Shown here: positions 35,905-48,029 of the stretch, in pieces
Numbering within the stretch: position 1 is the first letter of the stretch
Layout: every line of letters starts with the position of its first letter
Source of the DNA: Octopus sinensis
Lineage: Eukaryota
Direction of reading: 5' to 3'
Length of the DNA: 64,000 bases
Assembly (NCBI RefSeq): GCF_006345805.1
Contig: NC_043009.1
Location: 20,956,001 to 21,020,000 of the forward strand
Position numbers and translations under genes: made by a program
Notes under the pieces: generated by a model
What the model was told of the DNA's origin: nothing
Databases searched by the model: none
What the model saw: the letters and a program-made list of their open reading frames with translations, nothing else

Positions 35905-38245
35905 AGGCTGCCCCTGGGCGCTCCTCTATGCTGATGACCTTGCTCTAATAGCTGAGTCATTGCCAGAATTGGAGACAAAGTTTAGGGTGTGGAAGCAAGG
36001 TCCAGAATCAAAGGGCTTTCAGGGTTAATCTAGCAAAAACCAAAGTCTTAGTAAGCAGGAAGGCTGTCAAATCACAACCTATTTCAGGCAGATGACCCTG
36101 CTTGATCTGTAGAAAAGGCATGGGTATAAACTCTATATGATGTAACTGGTGTAAGCTATGGACACCAGATATTATAGCCTAGTCACCCGTATAGTTAACC
36201 AGGTGATACACAAAGAAGTCATACCCAATGATTGGTGTAGCAGCACTATAGTCAACTGCTACAAAGGAAAAGGTGACGCTTTAGATACAAATAATTACAG
36301 AGGTATCAAGTTGTTAGATCAGGTAATAAAGGTCACGGAGAGGGTCATAGCCCAACTAATTAAGGAGAGAGTCAGTTTAGATGAGTTGCAGTTTGGGTTT
36401 GTGCCAGGGAAAAAAAAGTACCACTGATGCTATATTTCTGGTAAGACAGTTGCAGGAGAAATACTTGGCCAAAGATAAACCGCTGTACCTGGCTTTTTTT
36501 GACATGGAGAAAGCATTTGACAGCCCCCTCCCCCCGATCCCTTATTTGGTGGTCAATGAGGAAACTAGGTATAGATGAATGGTTAGTGAGATCTGACGCT
36601 GTCAGTAAAGTGAAGGTTGGCAATGAGTACAGTGAAGAATTCCAGGTGGAGGTAGGGGTCCACCAAGGTTCAATCCTCAGTCCCCTCCTATTTATCATAG
36701 TCCTCCAAGCAATAACAGAGGAATTCAAGACAGGATGCCCCTGGAAGCTTCTCTATGCTGATGACTTGGCTCTAATTGCTGAGCCACTATCAGAACTAGA
36801 GGAGAATTTTCAGGTGTGGAAACAAGGATTAGAATTGAAGGGCCTTAGAGTCAACCTAGCTAAAACCAAAGTCCTAATAAGTAGGAGGGCAGGCAAACCA
36901 CAAATCCCTTCAGGTAGATGGCCCTGCTCGATCTGTAGAAAAGGCGTAGGTAGAAACTCTATAAGATGTACCCAGTGTAAGCTAATGACACATAAGAGGA
37001 GCAGTAATATCAAAGGAAGGCTAACTGGGAAGACAGCTTTTGTATGTGGCAGATGCTCAGGAGCAATAAACACTGAAAACATGCAGAGAACAACTTCAGT
37101 CACATTCCAGGGAGAAAAACTAGAAGTAGTTGATAGCTTCCGTTACCTAGGTAACCAAGACAGTAGCAGGGGAGGGTGCACTGAAAGTGTAACGGCTAGA
37201 GTGAGAATAGCCTGGGCAAAGTTCTGAGAGCTCTTACCTCTGCAGGTGACAAAGGCCTTTCGCTCAGAGTAAAAAGGTAGACTGTATGACACATGTGTAT
37301 GAACAGCCATGCTACATGGCAGTGAAACATGGGCCGTGACTGCTGAGGATATGTGTAAGCTTGTGAGGAATGAAGCCAGTATGCTCCACTGGATATGTAA
37401 TTTCAGTGTGCATAATCGACACAGTGTATGTACCTTGAGAGAAATGTTGGACCTAAGAAGCATCAGATGTGGGGTGCAAGAGAGACGACTGTGCTGGTAT
37501 GGTCATGTGGCGAGAATGGATGAGGACAGCTGTGTGAAAAAGTGCCACACCCTGGCAGTTGAGGGAACCTGTGGAAGAGGTAGACCTAGGAAGACCTGGG
37601 ATGAAGTGGTGAAGCATGACCTTCGAACATTAGGCCTCACCGAGGCAATGACCAGTGACTGAGACTTTTGGAAATATGCTGTGCTTGAGAAGACCTGGCA
37701 AGCCAAGTGTGACCATAACCTTGTGGCCTAAGCCAGGGGTGTAACCAGCCCACTTATGCGTACCTTCCCTTCATTGGACACTGCTTGCGAAGACCTGTTG
37801 ATGCAAGTGAAATCGAAATCAAATTTGATAACTGGCATCCATGCTAGTGGAGCACTAAGAGCAACATCCGAGCGTGATCGTTGCCAGAGCGGCTAACTGG
37901 CATTCGTGTTGGTGGCATGAAAAAGCACCATTTGAGTATGATCATTACCAGTGTCGCCTTACTGGCACTTGTGCCAGTGTGCAGGTGACAGGTAAAAAAG
38001 AAAAAAAACATGATTTTTTCGTAGCCGTTGCCAGTACCGCCAGACTAGCCCTTGTGCCTGTGACATGTAAAAGCACCCACTACACTCTAGGAGTGGTTGG
38101 CGTTAGGAAGGGCATCCAGCTGTAGAAACTCTGCCAGATCAAGATTGGAGCCTGGTGCAGCCATCTGGTTCATCAGTCTTCAGTCAAATCGTCCAACCCA
38201 TGCTAGCATGGAAAGCGGACATTAAACGATGATGATGATGATACA
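35905..38245 (+). mobile_element. RTE LINE: a short RT fragment (35905-36160) fused to a ~2.1-kb 5'-truncated copy
   Basis: NYRGIKLL, QFGFVPGK, AFFDMEKAFD, HQGSILSP, YADD, FRYLG, MLHGSETW, RLCWYGHV, 3' UTR and (GAT)n tail. Stops and frameshifts. Confidence 0.92.
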
Positions 38246-38382
38246 TATATATATATACATACATACATACATACATACATAAATATATCATATAATTAAG
38301 GGCTAAAGAGGGTTATTCTAAAGCCAATACACTGATTTATCCACTTATAATCCACTTGTTACAGGAAAATATATATATATGT

Positions 38383-38791
38383 AGGCGCAGGAGTGGCTGT
38401 GTGGTAAGTAGCTTGCTAACCAACCACATGGTTCCGGGTTCAATCCCACTGCATGACATCTTGGGCAAGTGTCTTCTGCTATAGCCTTGGGCCGACCAAA
38501 GCCTTGTGAGTGGATTTGGTAGACGGAAACTGAAAGAAGCCTGTCGTATATATGTATATATATGTGTATGTGTGTGTATATGTTTGTCTGTGTTTGTCCT
38601 TCTAGCATTGCCTGACAACCGATGCTGGTGTGTTTACGTCCCCGTCACTTAGCGGTTCGGCAAAAGTGACCGATAGAATAAGTACTGGGCTTACAAAGAA
38701 TAAGTTCTGGGGTCGATTTGCTCGACTAAAGGCGGTGCTCCAGCATGGCTGCAGTCAAATGATTGAAACAAGTAAAAGAGTAAAAGAGAGA

Positions 38792-38793
<2 letters not shown>
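38383..38793 (+). mobile_element. SINE family A, full-length young copy
   Basis: AGGCGCAGGAGTGGCTGTGTGGTAAG head, GGTTCAATCCC B box, TTGGGCAAGTGTCTT central box, microsatellite, tail ending GAGTAAAAGAG. Confidence 0.9.
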
Positions 38794-38821
<28 letters not shown>

Positions 38822-38825
<4 letters not shown>

Positions 38826-39190
38826 AATATTAGGGAATAAATCCAAATTTACAGGGAAAAAATCAGATTTAGGATTAAATCCAATTTTATAGTAAAATAT
38901 TATAAAATATTATTAGAGACAAAACCACTATTTTGCAAAACAAACAAGGAAAGACTTAATCAATACATAAAATTTTAATAAATAGTCAAAAAAACCGCCA
39001 CTGGACTTCCAATAAGTCAGTTTCAAATTATGAATAATTTGAAACTGACTTATTGGAAGTCCACCTGAAGATTGTCGATCAAGACAAGAAACAATTGTAG
39101 TGGCGGTTTTTTTGACTATTTATTAAAATTTTATGTATTGATTAAGTCTTTCCTTGTTTGTTTTGCAAAATAGTGGTTTTGTCTCTAATA

Positions 39191-39205
<15 letters not shown>
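38822..39205 (+). mobile_element. Non-coding, TA-flanked, PLE-derived fold-back element carrying a hammerhead
   Basis: Perfect 101-bp inverted repeat 38901-39001 / 39100-39200, inner 29-30-bp hairpin 39002-39063, hammerhead between them. Confidence 0.8.
39061..39103 (+). ncRNA. Minimal type I hammerhead ribozyme, core intact
   Basis: CCAC | CTGAAGA | TTGTC-GATCAA-GACAA | GAAA | CAATTG | TA^ | GTGG. 4-bp helix I, 5-bp helix II, palindromic helix III (ACAATTGT), GUA cleavage triplet. Confidence 0.8.
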
Positions 39206-39230
<25 letters not shown>

Positions 39231-39953
39231 CACACACACACACATTCCCAAATATATACACAGCCCAAACATACTAATATGTATCAACAAACTGTTACAC
39301 AAATAAATTCTAAAACAAAAATGAAAATAGTTACAGGTACGCTGAGACATAAACCATACAAACGAATATAATTGTACGATATGAAAATGAAGGTATAACA
39401 TCGAGTGATGTTATACAGACACACACAAATAAGCATACATATACACATAATTACACTGGAAGTTAATCAAAGGGAAGGCAGTGATAAGGAATTGTGTGAT
39501 TCCTTGTCTTGGTTGTTGGGGTAGGGGAGAGAAACAAGGGAAGATAAATACAAAAACTGATATCACTCTCTCTCTCTCTCTCTCTTCAATCAACTTAATT
39601 GTGATGATGAGAATTTCATTTAACTGGAATATTTCTACATTTCAAACATTTCACTATTTTAATTAGAAAATGAAATGTGCATGCATGTTTATGTGCATAT
39701 CCTTGTTTGGATAACAATTGGTATTGTTGTGTCCTGTAACTTAGAAGTTTGCCAAATAGAGATTAAGTGCCACATTGAGATTAAGTGCCATCAATATAAT
39801 GGATTAAACTCTTGAAATACAGAGCTCCTGCTTGGGCTCACTCCAAACACTGAAACCAATTAAAGGATGTAAAAAAATACCAGAAGGTAATAAACAAATT
39901 TTAAAATTAAATGGCCTTTCAATTCCCAGCCAAAACTATATTAAATTACTTAC

Positions 39954-39984
39954 TAGACAGCTGATGGAACCTTGTCTGCTGATC
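39954..39984 (-). CDS. Candidate host exon E (31 nt, phase 0-1): DQQTRFHQLS
   Basis: Very strong acceptor ttttattttatttattttttcacacag and consensus donor A|gtaagt. Confidence 0.6.
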
Positions 39985-40363
39985 CTGTGTGAAAAAATAA
40001 ATAAAATAAAACAAAATAAAAAAGTAAAAGTACATTAGCCATTCTAAACAAATTAATGTAATGGTCTCAATATAACCAATAAATAACACAGTAATGAGTA
40101 AGCAGGTAGAATTTTCATTTAAGTGCTTTAAATCCACATCAACTGGTAGACAGTTGCAGACAGCTTCAACTGTCTGACCTATCCTCCCATTCAACTCTTC
40201 TACCAATTAGAAGTATTTTCTGTGCCTTTCTGAGAGTGTTACTGACAGGTTTTGAAAATAGTCCTTATTTAACTTTTATTAAAGTTCTTACTTAGCTACT
40301 TTAACATTTCAATTAATTTTGAACAGTAATAATTCCTATAATTTAGTAGCTTTTTCATATATA

Positions 40364-40397
<34 letters not shown>

Positions 40398-40424
40398 CAC
40401 AATTTTGTTGATAAAGATCATTGT

Positions 40425-40654
40425 CTCTTTTACTCGTTTCAGTCATTTAAATATGGCCATACTGGAGCACTACCTTTAGCCAAACAAATCGACCCCAGGA
40501 TTTATTCTTTGTAAGCCTAGTACTTATTCCATTGGTCTCTTTTGCCAAACCACTAATTTACAGGGATGTAAACACACCAGCATCAGTTGTCAAACAATGG
40601 TGGGGGGACAAACACAGACACACAAACATACACACTCATACACATATATGTATA

Positions 40655-40699
<45 letters not shown>

Positions 40700-40765
40700 T
40701 GTGTGTGTGTGTGTATATATATATGTGTGTGTATGTATATATATATGTGTGTGTATATATATATA

Positions 40766-40821
<56 letters not shown>

Positions 40822-40984
40822 GATGGGATTCTTTCAGTTTCTGTCTACCAAATCCACTCACAAGGCTTTGGTCGGCCCAAGGCAATAGTAGAAGACACTT
40901 GCCCAAGGTGCCACACAGTGAGACTGAGCCAGGACCCCTGTGGTTGGTGAGCAAGCTACTTACCACACAGCCACTTCTGCACCT
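40425..40984 (-). mobile_element. SINE family A, full-length with an expanded internal microsatellite
   Basis: Reverse complement of the family A head and tail around ~200 nt of (TA)/(TG) repeats. Confidence 0.85.
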
Positions 40985-41009
40985 ATCTGTCTACAAAGAC
41001 AATATACAT

Positions 41010-41790
41010 ACAGTTCGGAGTTAGTGTAGAATTATTTATGAAGATCTGAATGTGTGCAAAATTTGTGCAAAGTTTGTTCCCAGGATGCTCAATGAAGAAT
41101 AGAAGAAAAGACACATTGGTGACAGTAGCGAGATGGCTGAGTTCATTACCTCAAATCCAAGTGTACTTGAGTCTGTAGTGACCCGATCCAGAGACGAAGA
41201 AACAGTGTCCAACAAAAGCATCTTGGCTCCTCCAGGCCCCAGAAGGGGAAGCAAGTCCATCGGGAAGCTCATGATGATCCCCTTTTTCAATAGCAAGAGC
41301 ATCATCTACATTGAGTGAATTCCCTCTGGCCAGCAAGTCAATAATGTGTACTTTCTAGAAGTTTTGAAGGAGTTCAGTAAGAAATTTTGTTGCAAAAAGC
41401 CAGAGGTCTTCTGCATCAGTTCACAATTCCATCCTGGTAACCAACTGCTCAATAGAGAAGGGCAGCGAAACCACCCCTCACCCTCCCTGCAGTCCAGACC
41501 TTGCTCCCTCTGACTTTTGGTTGTTCCCCAAGCTGAAGGAAAACCTCAGGGGTCAGTTGTTTTGAAGGCAATGATAAAAAGGAAGAAACTGCAACAAAGG
41601 TCCTAGCCATTTTCCTTTTGGAGGACTTCAATAAGGGCTTTTATGAAGTGGGTGGGGTGCCACGGTGCCATATGAAGCCAGAGAATCCTACTTTGGAGAA
41701 GATTAGGTTTTTGTACTTCTTTGGAACTTAAATGTGTCTCCTGAAAATGTCTCAAAATTAGTGGAATGCACCTTGTGCGCATGTGCGTGC
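41010..41790 (+). mobile_element. mariner (DD34D) transposase relic
   Basis: CAKFVPRML (WVPREL-like), KLMMIPFFNSKSIIYIE, SPDLAPSDFWLFPKLKENLRG. Internally deleted. Confidence 0.8.
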
Positions 41791-41949
41791 ACACACACAC
41801 ACACATATATATAGAGCACTTCAGTCTCTGCTCCACAACCATGTTAATCTCTACTTAGACACAATACATTGTCTATCCATCATCCAGACTGTACTCACAA
41901 TCCTAAGCCCTACACTAGATTTTACACCCGGCCCTTTCCCTCCACCATA

Positions 41950-42290
41950 ATTATTATTATTATTATTCATTTAACATCTGTCTTCCATGCTGGCATGTGT
42001 TGGACAGTTTGTCAGGAGCTGACAAGTTGCACTCTGCTGCACTGTCTGCTTTGGCATGGTTTCTATGGCTTGATGCCCTTCTTAACACCAACCACATTAC
42101 AGAGTGAACAGGGTGCTTTTTATAGTGTACCAATAGGGCTGCCAAGTAATTTGCAAAACATAGACTTCCCAGTCGGGAGAGGGAGTGGAACTGCTGGAAG
42201 TAACTTTGTGCTAGGGGCAAAAGGTTAGAGTATAATAGGGAGACAGAGATAGGGGCCTTACTATAGAGGAGATACTTGGCTACTGCAATA
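41950..42290 (-). mobile_element. RTE 3' UTR, antisense and diverged
   Basis: CCATGCTGGCATGTGTTGGAC..GATGCCCTTCTTAACACCAACCAC is the reverse complement of the RTE 3' end. Confidence 0.65.
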
Positions 42291-42425
42291 AGAAATGAGA
42301 GGAAAGGAAAGAGTGACAGAGTTAGAGAGAAAAGCTACTATTAAAATGAAAACACAAGTAGTCATCAGACAGAATCAAAAGAATAATTAATTGAATGACC
42401 TGACCTTCAGCAACAGTTTCCTTAC

Positions 42426-42432
42426 CTGCAAG
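42426..42432 (-). CDS. Candidate 7-nt host micro-exon D (CTTGCAG; an alternative donor gives 28 nt)
   Basis: cctttcttttatttctag acceptor followed 7 nt later by CAG|gtaagg. Phase 2-0 links exons C and E. Confidence 0.45.
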
Positions 42433-43729
42433 CTAGAAATAAAAGAAAGGTACAGTTAAGAGATTGTTTAAAATTAAACAAAAGAATCAGACATAAAGTT
42501 TTCGAATATAAAAATATTTTTCTTACACCTCTTTTTCTGGAATTATCAGGATTTCTGTCAGTACTCAACTGGTACTCATTTTATCAACCCCAAAAGGATG
42601 AAAGGCAAAGTTGGCCCCAACGGAATTTGAATTCAAAATATAAAAAGCTGGAAGAAACACTGCTAAGTATAATAATAATAATTTTCGAAGAGTCCTACCG
42701 AATTCTATTTAGCTTTCACTTGTTGTTGGAATCCCTTTCTGCTGGGTTCACTCCTGATCCAGCATTCAATTACCATTCGGTTTGCCTCCTTATCCTACTT
42801 TCTCTGCCTCTGGTTTTGTGTATAAGCAGTCTCTGGATGATAACCAGCCCTGCACTGCTCAACCACAGGGCACTTGCCAGGCAAAAGGCTTTCACCTTTG
42901 GTTCCAGCCTCATTAACACCATTAATTCATACATTTGTATTAGACATCTTCATTCAACATTGAGGAATGTGCTTTAAGGTTAGCTACCAACCAATATTTT
43001 TATCAAGTCACCATCTCTAGTAAGATTGGCAACCAAGACTGCAGAGTTCTTACTAACCCATAAGTTGGGCCTGTTCCCTTCACATTTCTGTGTGTAATCC
43101 CAGGCATGGAACCGTTGGACACTGATATGTTGTCACCTCTGTGACTAAGGAGTCCTATCTGCCCCAGTTTTAAATCAGTGTTCCTTCTCCTAGACAGACT
43201 ACCAACCAAGGCTCACGGGTTCTGCCTACCCGTTTTCAGAATGGCCATTGACTCTTCTGAGTTCCTTTTCCTTTTGCCAGGTTTTGGTTTTAATTCCACA
43301 AGGTGCCAAAAATCCCACCCTCTTAACCAAGCAAGCTTTGTGGGGTTGCCAGTTTAGTCATTGATGACTTGATGGTTTCACAATGCCACTTGTTAATCAT
43401 TCTGGGTAATTATTTACTTGCTTATTATTTTAATTTCACTATTACTACTATAATCCCTATCTTATCATTTACTTGTTCACTCCTATGGTTTCACAAATTT
43501 TACTGTACTTATATTATTACTGTAAGGCCGAGGGGTCCTGATATTGTCTCTCCTGATTTCTTTGGACAACAAATGATGGCAAATTTATGGCCGTTGGTTT
43601 AGCTACTGCTGATGCTGCAGCATTAAATAGGGGAGCAGGGTTGTTGTGTCTACTAATACAGATTATTTGATTGGACTGCTAGTTGACATGACTGACAGTG
43701 GATTGGGGGCAGGTGGGAGGGGATTTCGG

Positions 43730-44090
43730 GTCCTTGGAAACAGTATCAAAAGACATCAAGAGGAATATAAAGGAAATTGGAATAGAGTGCCCAGTAGAAC
43801 TGTTACAAAAGTTTTGTCTCCCTGGCACGGCTAGAATAATCAGGAAATTATTAGATTAACTGAAAAGAGCAAATAGCATGGTACCATAGGCTGCAGGTAG
43901 TAGCCTACTATGCATGCAAGACCTCAGGAGCGCCAACAAACATGTAATAGAGATACTGCTGCTACTACTACTACTAACGACAACAACAACAACAAGAGCA
44001 CTCAGAGAGCGCAAACTTCCGCCAAAGCAACACCAATGTCCTCTCAATGCTTAGCCAGAAATGATTTTTAAAATGAGAATATCTGAAATA
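43730..44090 (+). mobile_element. 3' end of an R4/Dong-like non-LTR element
   Basis: GSLETVSKDIKRNIKEIGIECPVELLQKFCL..TARIIRKLLD* matches the LQK..LLGTARILRKVL terminus. Confidence 0.65.
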
Positions 44091-44099
44091 AACTCGACT

Positions 44100-44360
44100 G
44101 CTCTCACAAATGAGAATACTAAAAATGAAGCCGACCACTCTCAATAATTAAGTAAAAAAACTGGAAAAATAATCCGGAATTCTTGTCTGGTACTAGATTG
44201 ATCCCAAAATCTAATCAGTTTGTGCCAATCATGAGGCCAAACATCCCTGAAAGTTTCATCCGAATCCATCCAGTGGTTCTTGAGATATCTTGTCCAGGGA
44301 CAAACAAATAAACACGACTGAAAACAATTCCTCCACCTTCGCTAAGGCGGAGGTAATAAG
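44100..44360 (+). repeat. Unclassified interspersed repeat with a terminal hairpin (Helentron/HINE-like?)
   Basis: Ends CCTCCACCTTCGCTAAGGCGGAGGTAAT (stem-loop). Confidence 0.35.
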
Positions 44361-45299
44361 ACACTGGCTCTCATAGCTTCTGATCTTAACTGATTGGAAG
44401 TGTTATCATGTACATGTTTTGTGCTACAGCAAATATTCTGCTCAATACCACAGATTTGCTTGTCAGTTGCTTGACTTTAACCAGTTGAGCATGTCCCTTA
44501 ATATCTGATGATATGTGCTGCTCTGATCATGAGCAGAAGTAATAGGGGAGCATAATAGCTATGTGTTGAGAGGAATTCTTTGAGGTGTGAATAATTCATA
44601 TCTGGAAACATAGGTGTTTCATTCAACATCCTAAAAGAACCCTTATTCAGGGACCTTTTGAGTGGGATGGGCTACTCAACCTGAAAAAAATTCTAACTGG
44701 GTCCCACTTGCAAGGTCATGCACTGTTTATCCATTTTGGTACCATAACTACATTAAAAGGAGAAATCATCATCATCATCCACCGCCACCGCCACTATTAT
44801 TATTTAACATCCACAACGAGGTTTAGCTAAGTAGCTAATTAAGAGAAATATAAAAAATGCAATAAATGATAATGCTGATAGGAAAATTAATTAAGATTCT
44901 TACACTTTCTGACATTGCTAATTGAGATGAGCTTTCACCAACTAAAGGACCAGATGTAATGCTGTCTCTGCAATATATAAAACAATTCATTTTATTTACA
45001 TTTTTATCAAAATATAAACACTAGGTCAATACTTATTACTTTGCAGACTGTAGGATGGTAAAGTTTTTGTCCATTGAAAATGCTGCTTTTAATATTAAAT
45101 TTATTCAAAGAGTCTTTGAAAGCATTATAAAACTATTTACTTTATTTTGATCTTCAGAAAAATAGATGATATAGTATTTTTAATTGAACACTTAATGATT
45201 AATCTTTTAATATTCTTCAGCTAAAAAATGTTTATTTAAGAAAGAATTTAATCTCTACCAACTCATTTTATATATATATATATACACACACACACATGT

Positions 45300-45636
45300 A
45301 TATTCTTTCATTCTTTTACTTGTTTCAGTCATTAGACTGTAGCCATGCCGGAGAACCACCTTAAAGGGATTTTTAGTCAAAGAAATCAACTCTAGGACTT
45401 ATTCTTTGTAAGCCTGCTACTTATTCTTTCAGTCTTTTTTTGCTGAACTGCTAAGTTATGGGGATATAAATGTACCAACATCAGTTTTGAAGCAATGGTG
45501 TGGGCACAAACACAGACACACACACATAAATAAATATATAAATACACACATACACTCACACATACATACACACACATATATATATACACATACACACACA
45601 CATACATACACATATATATATATACACATACACACA
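45300..45636 (-). mobile_element. SINE family A tail plus microsatellite, interrupted by Tc1
   Basis: Reverse-complement tail followed by (CA/TA)n, which continues after 47247. Confidence 0.7.
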
Positions 45637-45638
45637 TA

Positions 45639-47245
45639 CAGTTGCGGCCAAAATGTTCAGAACAGCATTGTTTTCGCCAGAAAAGTAGGTATAAGTTTTT
45701 ATCAAAGTTGTTTTATATTTTATAATTTTCACAGACAATAAATACAATATTAATTGTTATTGTCTGAGATTTTGGTGTAATTTGAGAGGATAATACAAAA
45801 GTTATGGATGATTTAGTGATTTACTGCAAAACCCATGGCGGCCAAAATGATCAGAACGGTTGCTTTTACTCCATGTTATAGTATATTTAACCGGCGAACT
45901 CTAATGTTTTGAATTTGTTTACGTGACAGTTCGTTTACTAAACATTAGTAAGAATATCTGCAGTGTACTTTGTTAATATAATGCCACTTACTCCATTATC
46001 AATTCGTCAGCAGGATAATTTAAGTATTGGGTCTATTGCAAAGATTGTTAAGAAGTCAAAAAGTGTTGTTCACGGTATTCTTAAGGTTTTCGATGATTGT
46101 GGTTCGTGTGAAGCAAGAAAGTCTACAGATAGGCCAAGAAAAACGACCAAGAGAGAAGATCATGCTATGGTAAAGTTGGTTAAAAAGGACAGATTTAAAA
46201 CTGCTGCTGCTGTTTCTCGGGAAATGAGCATTGTACTGAAGAAAACGTTATCTCGAAAAACTTGTCTCATCGTTTAGTTGAACATAACCTACAAGCAAGA
46301 TCATCAGCAGTGAAGCCACTGATCAGCTCCAAGAATAAAAAGTGTCGTCTTACCTTTGCAACCGAACATGTGTTGTGGTCTCAAGAAAAATAGCAAACGG
46401 TGCATTTCAGTGATGAATCTAAGTTTATGTTATTTGGCTAAGATGGGAAAAGGTACGTTCGTTGAAAAGTAGGTGAAAAATTGTCGCCTAAATGCCTTAA
46501 GACTAGTGTTAAATTCGGTAGAGGAAGTGTCATGGTTTGGGGGATGATATCTGGAGATGGTGTGGGCCCTTTGGTGCAATTACATGGAAAGGTAAATGCA
46601 GGAGTTTATAAACAACTTGTAAAAGATCATGTCTTGCCTGTGCTGAGAAATTCAACCAAGCGATCACCCATATTCATGCAGGACAATGCCCCATGTCACA
46701 AGGCTATGGTGGTCATGAACTTCCTCAAGGCTGAAAAGGTTATTATCATGGATTGGCCTGCTCAAAGCCCAGATCTCAATCCTATTGAAAATGTGTGGAA
46801 TATTCTAGGAGAACGTTCGAAAGCCAGAAAACCTAAAACAACCGAGCAATTATGGAATGTCCTTCAGGAAGAATGGAATAAGATCACCTAGCAAGAAATT
46901 GAAAATTTAATTTCCTCATGCAGTTGAAGATGTCAAAGTGTGATTGAAGCTTAAGGGCTTCACACTAAATATTAAATAATTCCAGTATTCTCTGTCATTT
47001 TTGATTATTTTGTTATTTTTTCAACCGTTCTGATCATTTTGGCCGCCATGGGTTTTGCAGTAAATCACTAAATCATCCATAACTTTTGTATTACCCTCTC
47101 AAATTACACCAAAATCTAAGACAATAACAATTAATATGGTATTTATTGTCCGTGAAAATTATAGAATATAAAACAACTTTGATAAAAACTTAAACCTACT
47201 TTTCTGGCGAAAACAATGCCATTCTGAACATTTTGGCCGCAACTG
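45639..47245 (+). mobile_element. Full-length (1607 bp) Tc1 element, IR/DR type, defective transposase
   Basis: 224-bp TIRs CAGTTGCGGCC... (45639-45862 / 47022-47245) with an internal direct repeat GGCCAAAATG(T/A)TCAGAAC, and a TA TSD. Confidence 0.95.
45963..46975 (+). pseudogene. Tc1 DD34E transposase
   Basis: FSDES, FMQDNAPCH, WPAQSPDLNPIENVW, GLHTKY*. Several stops and frameshifts. Confidence 0.92.
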
Positions 47246-47639
47246 TATATATACACATACACTCACACATACATACACATATATATACACATACACACAC
47301 ACACATATACACATACACACACACACATATATATATATAGTTAATAATAAAAACAATTAGATAAATAGCCTGAGGACACTCTTTTTTCAAATAATTTTAT
47401 TGAATTTTATAGTAGGTTTTAAATGCTTATATTATTTTATTGGATATAACTTTCTATGTGTATTCCATACAATAAGGTTGTCCTGAAATAGGAGTTGTGG
47501 TTCTATTGGTAAAATCCCAAATTTGTAATAATATTATAAATGATACAGTTTACATTGCATTAGTAAAGTGTAAAATAGTAAATATCCTGATAACTTGGAA
47601 TACTTACTATTCCCTAAGATCTTAAATTTAAATATATAT

Positions 47640-47835
47640 ATATATTAAATTAGAGATAAAACCATTATTAGGCAAATCAAACAGTGAAAAACAAAAAACA
47701 AAACATAGAAATAAAATTAATTTATATAATATACAAAATATATAAAATATAAAATTCAAAATTTAAAATATTTAAATTTAAAGTTAAAATTTAAAAAAAA
47801 TTTTTAATTATTAATTTATACTTATAAATGTATAT
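47640..47835. repeat. One-armed copy of the 31910 fold-back family
   Basis: ATTAAATTAGAGATAAAACCATTATTAGGCAAATCAAACAGTGAAAAA.. between (TA)n runs. Confidence 0.75.
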
Positions 47836-48029
47836 ATATATATATACAAAATAAGAAAATGGAGGAATAGATTTCTTTCAATCATCAACGACTAGATAAT
47901 ACCAATTCATATAATTTATTAACCAATTATTTAGGAGCATCCAGATCAAACAGAATAATACAGAATAAACCAGTACACATCAATAAGTAAGATAATACCA
48001 TAAGAACAATACATATAAATATAAAATGG

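Noticed and set aside
38383-38460. tRNA genes at SINE heads (also 19152, 12898)
   Set aside because: Only A/B-box-like words; no cloverleaf; they continue into SINE bodies.
40170-40233. Exon NTLRKAQKILLIGRRVEWED
   Set aside because: Weak acceptor and donor; it does not give a frame-consistent chain to exon G with the other candidates.
40532-40966. ORFs rich in YI/CV/TH repeats (also 20105, 45392, 47159, 39123)
   Set aside because: Translation artefacts of (TA)n/(TG)n microsatellites.
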